This document shows positions 19,785 through 29,718 of a DNA stretch of 64,000 bases, one piece after another; position 1 is the stretch's first letter; every line of letters starts with the position of its first letter. The DNA is taken from the NCBI GenBank assembly GCA_963758525.1, contig CAVWVQ010000003.1, positions 2,880,001-2,944,000 of the forward strand, in the 5' to 3' direction. The DNA comes from an uncultured Phycisphaerales bacterium (lineage in GTDB: Bacteria > Planctomycetota > Phycisphaerae > Tepidisphaerales > Tepidisphaeraceae). The notes beneath the pieces are model-generated. The model was not told the origin of the DNA, did no database searches, and was given only the letters and a program-made list of their open reading frames with translations. The position numbers were made by a program, and so were the translations under genes.

Positions 19785-20389
19785 ATCTCGCGGAACTGCG
19801 GCCCAAGGGACTGGTCATGGTGGTGGACGATGAGCCGCGCATGCGCGAGTTGCTGGTTCGCGCACTGACGCAATGGGGATTTGGCGTCAGCTCGGCCCGG
19901 AGTGGTGAAGAGGCGTTTCGCATGGCCGAGACGAGCGCGCCGGAGATCGTGCTGCTCGATCTGAACTTGCCGGGGATGGACGGACTCGAATGCTTCGCAC
20001 GGCTGAAGGAGAAGTTGCCGCGCGTTCAGGGAATTGTTCTGACAGGCTTTGCCAGCGTTGAGTCAGCCCGGCAGGCCGTGCACCTGGAGCTGGTGGAGTT
20101 TTTGACCAAGCCGTGTCATTTGGGCGAATTGGAAACTGCGCTTGACCGCGCGATGCGTCGGCTGATGCCAACGAAGAACACCCCGACGCCCGCGGCGCTG
20201 CACGCGCCAGGCGCGGCGGGCACTGCCACGGGGATGACGCTTGATGAGATGGAGCGCGAGCATATCCTCGCGACGCTGGAGCGCAATGACGGGAATCGCA
20301 CCGCGTCCGCGGCCGCGCTGGGAATCAGCCGGCGAACGCTTTATTACAAGCTTGAGGAATACCAGCGGCAGGGGCATGCCGTGAGGTGA
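19781..20389 (+). CDS. response regulator, REC plus Fis-type HTH (no AAA+ domain)
   Basis: VVDDE, LLDLNLPGMDG, FLTKP; C-terminal TLDEMEREHI..TL....GNRTASAAALGISRRTLYYKL. Confidence 0.9.
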   Translation: MNLAELRPKGLVMVVDDEPRMRELLVRALTQWGFGVSSARSGEEAFRMAETSAPEIVLLDLNLPGMDGLECFARLKEKLPRVQGIVLTGFASVESARQAVHLELVEFLTKPCHLGELETALDRAMRRLMPTKNTPTPAALHAPGAAGTATGMTLDEMEREHILATLERNDGNRTASAAALGISRRTLYYKLEEYQRQGHAVR

Positions 20390-20395
20390 GGGAGG

Positions 20396-20612
20396 GAGAT
20401 CTCAAATCTCAAATCTCAAATCTCAGATCTCAGATCTCAAATCTCAGATCTCAAATCTCAGATCTCAAATCTCAGATTTCAAATCTCAGATTTCAAATAT
20501 TTCAAATCTCGGATTTCAAATCTCAGATTTGAGATATCTGAGGTCTCATATCTGAAATATCTCTGAGGTCTCAAATCTGAGATATCTGAGATCTCAAATT
20601 TGAGATTTGACA
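20396..20612. repeat. heptamer microsatellite (ATCTCAA/ATCTCAG) with an inverted second part
   Basis: About 30 heptamer lengths; switches to TGAGAT-type units after ~20527; lies between convergent genes. Confidence 0.9.
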
Positions 20613-20622
20613 TCTGCCGTGC

Positions 20623-21915
20623 CTACCGGTTGTTGCCCGCCGCGTGCGGAACGCGCGCGGGGCGTCCGTGCCGCGGCGATGGCTTGCGGGCGATCGATTT
20701 CCGACGGACCTGCTTCAGCCGTCGGTCGACCTGCACCGTCGGCTTGATCATCCCGGGCAATGATTCGTAGACCTCGAGCGTCTTCCCCGCAATCACATCC
20801 CATGTGAACGATTCGGCGACGGCTTGGCGCCCTTTTTCGCCCATCAGGCGGGCGTGCTTCCAATCCTGGAAGAGCGTGCCTAATCCCCAGGCTACGGAGT
20901 CGCCGTGCGGATAGATCTTCAGCCCGTCAACCCCGTGGCGGACGTATTCGTTGGGGCCGCCGTTCATGGTGGCGATCACAGGCTTCCCCGCGCTCCAGGC
21001 TTCGAGCACGACGATGCCGAACGGCTCGTTGCGACTGGGGACGCACAATGCGTCGCTCATCTTGAACAGGTCGATCAATTCGTTTCCCTCGCGATGACCG
21101 AGGAAACGGACGGCATGGCCGATGTGCAAATCCTTGGCGCGATGCTCAAGACTGTGGCGCAGATGACCGTCGCCGGCGAAGACGAATTTGGCGTGGGGGT
21201 AATAGTGCAGCACGTGCGGCACGGCATCGAGCATCAGATCGGGGCCCTTCTGCTGCACGAGCCGGCCGCAGAAGAGAACCGTTGGGTCGGTTGGGCCGAT
21301 GCCATAGCGGAGCTTCACCGCGCCTTGATCCAGTTCGCCGGCGAAGCGATGCATGCTGACGCCGTTGTAGACAACGTCGATCTTCCCTCCCGGCACTTCG
21401 TACATCCACATCAGCTCTTGGCGCGTGGCGTGGGAGACGGCGATCACGCGGTCGGCCCAGTAAGTGCCGGCCCGCTCCTGATGGCGCACGCGCTCCGATT
21501 GCCCGCCGTGGAAGACGTTGCCCGATCGACCATAGTCAGTGGAGTGCATGGTCAGCACCCCGCGCCGGCCGCGGCCCTGCTTGATCCAAATCATCGCATT
21601 GACGGCCAGCCAGTCGTGAGCGTGGACCACGTCAAACTCGCCGACGAAGTCTTCAACGCCGGCAAAGTGGTGCGCGAACGACGAACACATGCCGTTGACT
21701 TCATCGACGAAGTCGTTGGCGAGGTTCATAGGGCAGCGGTGATAATGAACACCGTAAATCTGCTCGTAATGTTTTTGCCCAGCCGACAGGCGGGTGAAAA
21801 CGTGAACCTGATGGCCCGCGCGCTCGAGTGAGGCCGCCAGCTCCGTGACGTGCGCAGCCACTCCGCCGACGGCAATGGAGTGGAGAGATTCCCAGGACAA
21901 CATCGCGATTCGCAT
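20623..21915 (-). CDS. glycosyltransferase family 4 (glycogen synthase-like)
   Basis: MRIAMLSWE, VVHAHDWL, GRLVQQKG, PSRNEPFGIVVLEAW. Confidence 0.9.
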   Translation of the reverse strand: MRIAMLSWESLHSIAVGGVAAHVTELAASLERAGHQVHVFTRLSAGQKHYEQIYGVHYHRCPMNLANDFVDEVNGMCSSFAHHFAGVEDFVGEFDVVHAHDWLAVNAMIWIKQGRGRRGVLTMHSTDYGRSGNVFHGGQSERVRHQERAGTYWADRVIAVSHATRQELMWMYEVPGGKIDVVYNGVSMHRFAGELDQGAVKLRYGIGPTDPTVLFCGRLVQQKGPDLMLDAVPHVLHYYPHAKFVFAGDGHLRHSLEHRAKDLHIGHAVRFLGHREGNELIDLFKMSDALCVPSRNEPFGIVVLEAWSAGKPVIATMNGGPNEYVRHGVDGLKIYPHGDSVAWGLGTLFQDWKHARLMGEKGRQAVAESFTWDVIAGKTLEVYESLPGMIKPTVQVDRRLKQVRRKSIARKPSPRHGRPARVPHAAGNNR

Positions 21916-22050
21916 TGTCAATAAATTCCCAAGAGTCGCAGGAAGTACGGATGGGCGATGCCGCCGGTTCGCAACGTCTTCCTCTATACGGCTTTTCGTC
22001 AGATCGGTTTATGAGACGTGAAAATTGCGGGGAAAACTGCGAAGAAAAGA

Positions 22051-22783
22051 TCAAACCGACTCAAACTGCCGGCCCCTGGGGTCGGCGATTGCGAGCACCA
22101 TCGCGTGAAGACTCCTTGGTTTGGCGGGCACGAGTGTTCGCGCGATCGACTGCAGTGTCGCGCCAGATGTCATCACGTCGTCAATCACCAGAACGCGCCG
22201 GCCGGCAATGGATGTCGGATCGGTCAGGTTGAACGCGTCCTGCAGGTTTTCGAGGCGCTTCTGATGCGAATGAAGATTCGTCTGGCTCGGCGTGTTGCGA
22301 CTGCGCTTCAGCGGACGACACAGCCGCGAGCTCCCGAGGCGGCGGGCGATCACCTCAGCCTGGTTGTAGCCGCGCTGAAATTGCCGAAACGGGTGCAGCG
22401 GCACGGGGATGATCCGGTCCGCCAGACCGATTTCCTCGATGGCGCGATTCTTGCGCCAGTCGGTCTGCCAGGTGCTCCGCGATCGGCCACTGCCGGTGGT
22501 ATTTCATCCGGTGGATGAGATCTTTCAGCGGCTCGTCGAACCGCCCGAGCGCCACGATCGACTCATAATGGGGCACGCCCTTTCCCAGGCAACGGGGACA
22601 AGGCGCATCGCGCATCGGCAGCGGCATTGCGCACCGCTCGCAGGCCGGCGCACTGGCCAGGGCCTCGATCTGGGCGTTGCACGTCGCGCAAAGAAAATTC
22701 CCCGTGGCCGGAGCATTGCATGCCGCGCATTGCGCGGCAAAGCAGAGGTCGATCACATCGCTAAGCAACGTGTGAAGCCGCAT
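22051..22783 (-). CDS. ComF family protein (zinc ribbon plus phosphoribosyltransferase), frameshifted near 22445
   Basis: CAAC..LCATC..CERC..CPRC then VPLH..RQFQRGYNQA and VLVIDDVMTSGATL. Confidence 0.85.
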
Positions 22784-22797
22784 CGTTTCACGGATCG

Positions 22798-23151
22798 TCA
22801 CATGCCAGGGCGGTAGCGTTGCGCGAAACGGAACGTTTGGAAAATGGGCATCACCAGGCAGATGCAGGGGGCAAATCCCAACGCAAGCGTGAGCACCGGG
22901 TGCGGCAGCAGCGGGAGGAAGAAACAGACGATGCCCACAAGGACGAGCGGCACCGACCAGACCATCATGTGTTTGCCCCCAAAGCGATTGATGGCAAACC
23001 AATAATCGTCTGACCGCAACGATTGAGACAGACGAATGCCGTAAAAGCGGTTGCGTCCGATGCGTCCCTGCGCGAGCGGGATGCAAACCCCGATGATGAG
23101 CAAGCCGGTGATGGTCCAACTCGTGCCAAGAATGATTGCAACAGGATCCAT
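22798..23151 (-). CDS. SdpI/YhfL family membrane protein
   Basis: NRFYGIR...SLRSDDYWFAINRFGG motif; GGAG RBS. Confidence 0.8.
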   Translation of the reverse strand: MDPVAIILGTSWTITGLLIIGVCIPLAQGRIGRNRFYGIRLSQSLRSDDYWFAINRFGGKHMMVWSVPLVLVGIVCFFLPLLPHPVLTLALGFAPCICLVMPIFQTFRFAQRYRPGM

Positions 23152-23192
23152 TTGATCTCCCGGAAGGCGACCATTGGAATAATAGCATTCAT

Positions 23193-23301
23193 GTGGCATT
23201 GGCGTCTCGCCCATGTCGGCTGCGCCGTGTTTCAGAAATCGCTCGATATCAGATGTTCTCTTTCTCTCACGTCGCCAACAAGGGCGAGACGCCCATGCCA
23301 C
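23193..23301. repeat. REP-like inverted pair (GTGGCAY GGGCG family)
   Basis: GTGGCATTGGCGTCTCGCCCATG ... CAAGGGCGAGACGCCCATGCCAC. Confidence 0.7.
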
Positions 23302-23336
23302 GAGGGCAATCGCATGTGGACAAAACCGGCTCTGGT

Positions 23337-23452
23337 CCCCTCTCTCGGTACTCCGGGAGAGGGTGAGGGTGAGGGTGATTTCGAGCATCGATGGCACTTG
23401 ACATTCCAAATCACCCTCACCCCAACCCTCTCCCGGCGTACCGGGAGAGGGA
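23337..23452. repeat. REP-like palindrome (CCCTCTCCC..GGGAGAGGG family), full inverted pair
   Basis: CCCTCTCTCGGTACTCCGGGAGAGGGTGAGGGTGAGGG ... CCCTCACCCCAACCCTCTCCCGGCGTACCGGGAGAGGG; partial copies near 165-203, 38715-38756, 49819-49847 and 51145-51166. Confidence 0.8.
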
Positions 23453-23547
23453 GCAGAAGCCACATGCGATCGCCCTGCCCATGCCACGGCGACGCAGCTC
23501 AGAGCGTTGGAATCAATCCGCACCGGCGAGTACGATGGTTGCTTCCA

Positions 23548-24891
23548 ATGTCATCCAAAAAAGCCATCGAAGCGTTGCCACTTTCCGCCAAGGCGCGGCG
23601 GACGCCTGACCAGCCGATCAGTTACCTGATTTCGGTGGTGATGCGCAATCCGCGACTGATCAATCTTGCCGCCGGGCTGGTCGATCCACTGACGCTGCCG
23701 GTGGAGGAGTGCGATGCGATTACACGGAAGATTTTTTCCGATCCGCAGCGCGGGCGCGCGGCGCTGCAATATGACACGACGATCGGGTTGAAGGATCTGC
23801 GCGCTGCGGCGCTGCGGCATATTGAGACGCTCGAAAGCAGATCAGCCGCGGAAATGGGGCTCTCGCCGGATCACATCGTGGTGACGACCGGGTCGCAGCA
23901 GGCGCTGTATCTGCTGGGAGACGTGCTGCTGGATCCCGGCGATATCGTGATCGCGGCGCAGCCGAGCTATTTCGTCTATACCGGCGCGGTCGCGTCGCTG
24001 GGGGCGACGGTGCTGACGGTGCCGATGGATGATGACGGGATGGATGTCGAAGCGGTGGCGGCGCTGCTGGCGAAGCTAGAGGGCGACGGCCGGCTGTCGC
24101 GCGTGAAGATGGTCTACTGCACCAGCTATTTCCAGAATCCGACGGGACTGACGCTCTCGCTGGCGCGGCGTCCCCGATTGCTGGAGATCGTCCGGCAATT
24201 CAGCCGATCGCATCGCATCACGATCCTGGAGGACGCGGCGTACCGCGAGCTGCGTTATGACGGCGACGCGCTGCCGTCGATCAAATCGTTCGATGCGGAC
24301 AATCGCCATACCGCGCTGAGCCAGACGTTCAGCAAGCCGTTTGCCCCGGGGTTGAAGCTCGGATTCACGGCGATGCCCGGCGATCTGCTCGAAGCGGTTT
24401 TGCATCAGAAGGGAAATCACGACTTTGGCTCATCGAGCCTGGCGCAGCACATCGCCTTCGAATCGCTGCACGATTCCAGCTACTTCTCGCACGTTGCCAG
24501 GCTGCGGCGCAGCTATCGCGAGAAGCGCGACGCGATGCTGACCGCCTTGGATCGGTATATCCCGCGCGATGCGGGAATCAGTTGGACACGCCCGCATGGC
24601 GGGTTGTACGTCTGGATGACGCTGCCCAAACATCTCGACACATCGCGCAACGGAACGATGTTTGAGGCGGCGCTGGAAGCCGGCGTCGTGTACGTTCCCG
24701 GCGACTATTGCTCGCAGCCTGGTGCGGATGGGCTGGTCCCCAGGCACCAGCTGCGCCTGAGTTTCGGCCAGGTCGCCGAGGAGCAGATCGAACCGGGAAT
24801 TGAGCTCCTGGCGGGAGTCATCCGTCATCAACTTGCCTCGCGCCCGCAAGTGCGCGAGGCCGCCCCGTCGGCCGCGGGGTCGGCGCGATGA
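23548..24891 (+). CDS. PLP-dependent class I aminotransferase (LysN/2-aminoadipate transaminase-like)
   Basis: TTGSQQAL, FQNPTG, ILEDAAYREL, TFSKPFAPGLKLG, PHGGLYVW, LRLSF. Confidence 0.9.
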   Translation: MSSKKAIEALPLSAKARRTPDQPISYLISVVMRNPRLINLAAGLVDPLTLPVEECDAITRKIFSDPQRGRAALQYDTTIGLKDLRAAALRHIETLESRSAAEMGLSPDHIVVTTGSQQALYLLGDVLLDPGDIVIAAQPSYFVYTGAVASLGATVLTVPMDDDGMDVEAVAALLAKLEGDGRLSRVKMVYCTSYFQNPTGLTLSLARRPRLLEIVRQFSRSHRITILEDAAYRELRYDGDALPSIKSFDADNRHTALSQTFSKPFAPGLKLGFTAMPGDLLEAVLHQKGNHDFGSSSLAQHIAFESLHDSSYFSHVARLRRSYREKRDAMLTALDRYIPRDAGISWTRPHGGLYVWMTLPKHLDTSRNGTMFEAALEAGVVYVPGDYCSQPGADGLVPRHQLRLSFGQVAEEQIEPGIELLAGVIRHQLASRPQVREAAPSAAGSAR

Positions 24892-26557
24892 GCCGAACGA
24901 TCTTCTGGTATATCTTCAAGGACCTGGTGCGGGTGTTTCTGCTGGCCAGCGGTGCGCTCGCGGGGATCATGAGCTTTGGAGGATTGCTCCGTCCCCTGAC
25001 CCATCAGGGCCTGGACATCGAGCAGGTCGGAAAGGTGCTCACCTATTTCGGCCCGGCGATGACGACCTATTCCTTTCCCATCGCGGCCCTGTTCGCAACC
25101 ACCATGATTTACGGCCGCCTCGGCGCCGACAATGAGCTGACGGCATTCCGCGCCGGCGGGTTGAGCCTCGTGTCTCTTTCCGTGGCCGGGCCCGCGCTGG
25201 TTTTGGGGCTGATCGTCGCGACGGTCAGCCTGCTGTTCCTCTGTTTCGTCGTCCCGGCATGCACGCTGCGCGTGGAGAAAGTGCTGTATTCCAATTTCGC
25301 GCAGCTCGTGGCCAACCACATCGAGCGGACGCACGAGATTGAATTCGGACAGTACACCATTTTCGCGCAGGAAGCGTGGGTCCCGCCGCTGGATCCCAAG
25401 GCAGGGGGGCAGCAACAGGTGGTGTTGCGCGGGCCGACGATCGTGACCGATGAGCACCCGCTGAAGGATGACCCAACCTTTCGCGTTCCGAAGGAATTTT
25501 CCACCGCGGCGCAGGCGGTGGTCTTCATCGATCATCGGCCGGATGACGAACAGGTCTACCTGACCGTGCGCCTGGAAGATGGATTTCGGTTTCCGCGCCG
25601 GTTCGAGGAATCGATGCAGGCCGGCGTTGAAGAAACCGTGGTCGGGCCGATTCTGCTTCCGTCGCCGATCAAGGAAGACACCAAGTTCATGGACGTATGG
25701 AAGCTCAAATGGCTGTATAACCACCCATGGTTCAGTCAAAACCTCCGCGAGCAAGTCGGGAATCTCATGCGGCAGGATCAGTCCAGAACATTCCTGGATC
25801 TGACGCGGAATCAACTGAACGGTCCGGAGAATCAGGCGGTGTTCAATTTTGAACCCGGCGAGCGCTACATCCTCGGGCGCGAGCCCGGCGCGCCCGGGCC
25901 ATCAATAGCAGCGCAACAGAAATCGCGATCAAGCCGTCCGCGCCGGGGGGGCCGCGGCTGACGATCTTCCGGCGGGAATTGCCGCAATTGCCGGCGTCGG
26001 TCGTCCGCGCCAGCGAACTGCATTTTCGCGCGAACCCCGCCAGCGACGACCAGAGCATGGATTGTTCGGTGAGCCTGCTCGACTGCACCACCGACACCGA
26101 GCAGGGCCCCGCGCCGCGGGCTAATTTCTCGCAGCAGTTTACTGCGCCGATGCCCGCGAAAGTCGCCGGGATCTCGCACCGCGGGCTGAAGTATTACGAG
26201 AATCAGCCGCAGGCGATGATGCTGCGGCACGATGAGCTGATCCTGCTCAACAAGATTGTCGCTGAGTGTCACAATCGCGCGTCGTTCGCGATCAGTTGCC
26301 TGATTCTGGTGATGGTCGGCTCCTCGCTGGGCATGATTTTTCGCAGCGGGAATTTCCTGACCGCGTTTGCCGTCAGTTTCATTCCCGCATTGCTGAGCAT
26401 CACGCTGACGATCGCCGGCCAGCGCACCGCCGGCAACATTCCGCTCAAGGGAAGCGGCGCGGATCCGCTGATGCTGGGACTGTCGCTGATCTGGATGGGA
26501 AATGTGATCAATTTGGTGATTGCCGCCTGCCTTCTCCTGCGTCTGCACCGCAAATGA
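24888..26557 (+). CDS. lptF: LptF/LptG family permease, frameshifted near 25895
   Basis: YGRLGADNELTAFRAGG in ORF 24888..25961; C-terminal HNRASFAISCLILVMVG..LG..FRSG in ORF 25979..26557. Confidence 0.75.
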
Positions 26558-27735
26558 AGATCATCGACCGCTACGTCATCGCGAGCTTCATCAAGAACTA
26601 CGCCATCAGCTTTATGGTGCTGGTGGGGATGTATGTGGTGCTCGACATGGTGTTCAACTTCAGCAATCTCGTGCAGTTTCAGGCCACCGGAAGCACCGTG
26701 CAGAATCTGTTCGACACGCTCCGCGACATCGCGGATTATTACTTCTACCAGTGCTTCCTGTTCTTCGTGCAGCTTTCGGGAATCATCCCGGTGGTCGCCG
26801 CCGCGTTCACGCTGATGCGCCTGAGCCGATTCAACGAGCTGACCGCGCTGCTGGCGGCGGGAATGCCGCTGCTGCGGGTTTCGATGCCGATCATCATCGC
26901 GGCACTGATTCTCAACAGCCTGGTGCTGGTCGATCAGGAAGTGCTGATTCCGCGAATGATTCCGAAGCTCACCCGCGAGCACAACGACATTCACGAGTCG
27001 GCCACCAACTACTACACGGTGCGGGCGATGCAGGACGCCGACGGCGGGCTATTTTACGCCGCGCGCTACTTTCCGTCGCCGCCCGATGCCCCGCCGACCA
27101 TCTCCGAGCTGACCGTTATTCAGCGCAGCGAAGTGACGCATCACCATGTTGACGCCTCGGGCAATGTGGTCGACGAGCAGGTGCTCGAGCCATATGCAAA
27201 GATCGTCGCCAAGTCGGCAGTGTGGGACGCGGCCCACGCGCAATGGAATCTCACCGAAGGCCGCCGCGCCACCGGTCTGCGCCCCGACGATCGCACCGCC
27301 GCTCAATCTCCGTGCGCCGTCTATTCCAGCGGCGCGACGCCGGAAGAGATCGGCCTGTATCGCAGCGGCAACTTCGTCGATCTGCTTTCGACGGAGCGCA
27401 TCGACGAGCTGCTCGCCCGCCCCAAGAGCTACGGCCGGCTCAGCCTGTGGCGCGTGAAGCACTGGCGGTTCACCCAGCCGTTGATGAATGTCATTTTGCT
27501 GCTGCTGGCCATTCCCTGCGTCCTCACCCCCGAGCCGCGCCAGCTCAAGGCCGCCGCCACCAAAACGCTGATTCTCACCGGCATCGCCATGGGCAGCGTC
27601 TTCCTTTCACAGCAGCTTGCCGCCACGCCCCTGTCGGGATTTCCCCCCGACCGCTGGACCGCGCTGATGGCCTGGCTTCCCGTCTTCATCTTCGGTCCCG
27701 TCTCGGTTTATTTATTGGACCGAGTGAAGAGCTGA
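26554..27735 (+). CDS. lptG: LptF/LptG family permease
   Basis: MKIIDRYV, RLSRFNELTALLAAG, HWRFTQPL, AWLPVFIFG; second of the tandem permease pair. Confidence 0.8.
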   Translation: MKIIDRYVIASFIKNYAISFMVLVGMYVVLDMVFNFSNLVQFQATGSTVQNLFDTLRDIADYYFYQCFLFFVQLSGIIPVVAAAFTLMRLSRFNELTALLAAGMPLLRVSMPIIIAALILNSLVLVDQEVLIPRMIPKLTREHNDIHESATNYYTVRAMQDADGGLFYAARYFPSPPDAPPTISELTVIQRSEVTHHHVDASGNVVDEQVLEPYAKIVAKSAVWDAAHAQWNLTEGRRATGLRPDDRTAAQSPCAVYSSGATPEEIGLYRSGNFVDLLSTERIDELLARPKSYGRLSLWRVKHWRFTQPLMNVILLLLAIPCVLTPEPRQLKAAATKTLILTGIAMGSVFLSQQLAATPLSGFPPDRWTALMAWLPVFIFGPVSVYLLDRVKS

Positions 27736-27737
27736 GG

Positions 27738-27818
27738 CAGGGTTCAGGGTGTCGGGGTTCAGGGTTCAGGGTTCAGGGTTCAGGGTTCAGGGTTCAGGGT
27801 TCAGGGTTCAGGGTTCAG
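27738..27818. repeat. heptamer microsatellite (CAGGGTT)n
   Basis: About 11 near-perfect units starting 3 nt after the lptG stop. Confidence 0.95.
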
Positions 27819-27930
27819 CAGAAAACGAGTGCCGAAGTGTTGCGGCTATTTGCTTTTGGCCGGGGCGCATCGTAGATCATTTTGGTCGGGCCTGATGAAC
27901 CTGACCAAAGTCTTCTTCCCCTTTCTGGCT

Positions 27931-27964
27931 GCGCCGGCCGTGCCCACACGGCCGGCGTTTTTTT
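27931..27964 (+). terminator. rho-independent terminator
   Basis: GCGCCGGCCGTG-CCCA-CACGGCCGGCGT followed by a T run. Confidence 0.85.
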
Positions 27965-28040
27965 ACCGATGTCGAGCAGAAAGCTCACGGCTCAATTGCC
28001 CCCGGTTCAGAAAGCGGTTCCAGAATCCCAAATCCGCCTC

Positions 28041-28126
28041 ACCACGCCGAGTCTGAGGTACCCCGAAGGCTCGGATTTCCTCGGTGCTCCATCCGAGCCT
28101 TCGGAGTACCTCAGACTCGGCATGGT
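28041..28126. repeat. long REP-like hairpin
   Basis: 31-bp arms GCCGAGTCTGAGGTACCCCGAAGGCTCGGAT / ATCCGAGCCTTCGGAGTACCTCAGACTCGGC with one mismatch. Confidence 0.8.
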
Positions 28127-28222
28127 TGTGAAACCGGACGCTTAGTAGCTTGCGGCGCCGACGATCCCACCCCAATTTCCGGGGGTGTAACTTTTATTGT
28201 GGCGATTGCAGATTTTGCGATC

Positions 28223-28290
28223 GTAGGGCGGGATTCATCCCGCCGTTTTCTCAGCCGGCCAACAAATCGGCGGGATGAATCCCGCCCTAC
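28223..28290. repeat. GTAG-type REP doublet
   Basis: GTAGGGCGGGATTCATCCCGCCG ... CGGCGGGATGAATCCCGCCCTAC. Confidence 0.85.
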
Positions 28291-28512
28291 TCGGAGCCGA
28301 TCGCCACTTTCGAGCGCCACACCCATTTCCGGATGTTTCCCGGATTTTGATTGACCCGCCTTGGCGCGATTTCTACACTGCTGCCCGCAGATCGACGTGC
28401 CAATCTCCGAGGACATCGGAGGGAAATTCCTGTCGGCCGTTACGGTGTTTCGACAACTCAATGTTGCGCAGGCGCTTGACGCCGGGCTCTTGCCGTTGAA
28501 CAGTCTCTCGGC

Positions 28513-29457
28513 ATGAACCTTTTGGCGCCGGCGAAAATCAATCTTCACCTGCGGGTCGGACGCCGGCGCGACGATGGATTTCATCCGCTGGTCTCCTGGA
28601 TGTGCACCGTCGGGCTCTTTGACAACCTGACCCTCGAGCCGGTCCATATCGATCCCATCTCTGAACGCGGGGCCGGCTCGCGATACGTGACTCTTGTTTG
28701 TGACGCACCTGATCTGGCGGTCGATCAGACGAATCTGGTCGTGCGCACCGCAGCCGGCTTTTTGGAGGCGGCGCGCACGACGCACGAGGTCCCCGCCACC
28801 GCGGGCTTCCACGCCACGCTCGTCAAACGAATCCCCATGGGCGCAGGGCTTGGCGGCGGAAGTTCGGATGGCGCCCGCGCGCTGCTGGGATTGAATGCTT
28901 ACTTCCGAACCGACTGGCCGGCGAGCAAGCTGTCGGCGTTCGCAGCCCGGTTCGGGAGTGACATGCCTTTTTTTGTCCATGGCCCAAGCAGCATTTGCAG
29001 GGGGCGGGGCGAATTCGTCCGGCCGATCGCTTCGCCGGCGCCGCAGTGGGCGGTATTGCTTCTGCCCGACATCATGATGCCGACGGCGCAAGTCTACCGG
29101 CGATTTGACGAGATGGGCCTCGGCAACGACCGCGAAGTAGAAGCTGAATTGAACTGGGCCTCGTGGTCGCGATTGGGCGTTCAAGAGCTGCTTTTCAATC
29201 TCGTCAACGACCTCGAACCGCCGGCTTTTGCCATCGCTCCGGCACTCGCGGACCTTCGTCAACAGGCGGAACAGATCGTGAAGCGGCCGGTCCGCATGAG
29301 CGGCAGCGGCAGCAGTTTGTTCACGCTCTTCGATCACCAGGCCGAGGCGGACACCGCCGCGCGGGAGCTCGGAAAGCGACTGGATGTCCGCGCCATGGCC
29401 GTTCAACTCGCTCCCGATCTTCTCGACGATCTTCATAAGCCACGCGTCGACCCCTGA
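28513..29457 (+). CDS. ispE: 4-diphosphocytidyl-2-C-methyl-D-erythritol kinase
   Basis: APAKINLHL, RDDGFHPL, KRIPMGAGLGGGSSDG, GSDMPFF, NDLE, MSGSGS. Confidence 0.95.
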   Translation: MNLLAPAKINLHLRVGRRRDDGFHPLVSWMCTVGLFDNLTLEPVHIDPISERGAGSRYVTLVCDAPDLAVDQTNLVVRTAAGFLEAARTTHEVPATAGFHATLVKRIPMGAGLGGGSSDGARALLGLNAYFRTDWPASKLSAFAARFGSDMPFFVHGPSSICRGRGEFVRPIASPAPQWAVLLLPDIMMPTAQVYRRFDEMGLGNDREVEAELNWASWSRLGVQELLFNLVNDLEPPAFAIAPALADLRQQAEQIVKRPVRMSGSGSSLFTLFDHQAEADTAARELGKRLDVRAMAVQLAPDLLDDLHKPRVDP

Positions 29458-29475
29458 TTCCGGATGGCGCTCCCC

Positions 29476-29583
29476 GTGGCACGGGCGTCCCGCCCGTGTC
29501 TGTTGCGCGGAGCTTAAGAAACATCTGGATAGCAACGGTTCTGCACCTCCACGTCGCTCGCACGGGCAGGATGCCCGTGCCAC
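29476..29583. repeat. REP-like inverted pair (GTGGCAY GGGCG family)
   Basis: GTGGCACGGGCGTCCCGCCCGTG ... CACGGGCAGGATGCCCGTGCCAC. Confidence 0.8.
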
Positions 29584-29718
29584 GATTCAAGTCACCTGCG
29601 AATACGCGCTCCGCTGCGCGTCGCGGCTAACCTGATGGGGCTCTTGCTGCTGAAGCCCCTACACGATTCATTTCTCCTCCGTTTCTCACCCACATCCCTC
29701 ACCTTAGGAGATATCACC

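Noticed and set aside
20396..20612. CRISPR array
   Set aside because: Contiguous 7-mer units with no unique spacers and no cas genes; it is a microsatellite.
22808..22821. ops-like GGCGGTAGCGTTG
   Set aside because: Lies antisense within the end of the SdpI-family gene, far from and opposite to the polysaccharide operon; expected by chance at this GC.
23023..23547. Long N-terminal extensions on the aminotransferase and SdpI ORFs
   Set aside because: They are translations of REP palindromes (PGEGEGEG, TLTPTLSR); the real starts are 23548 and 23151.
27892..27930. Hammerhead ribozyme (CTGATGA core)
   Set aside because: No stem II followed by GAAA and no stem III/cleavage triplet downstream.
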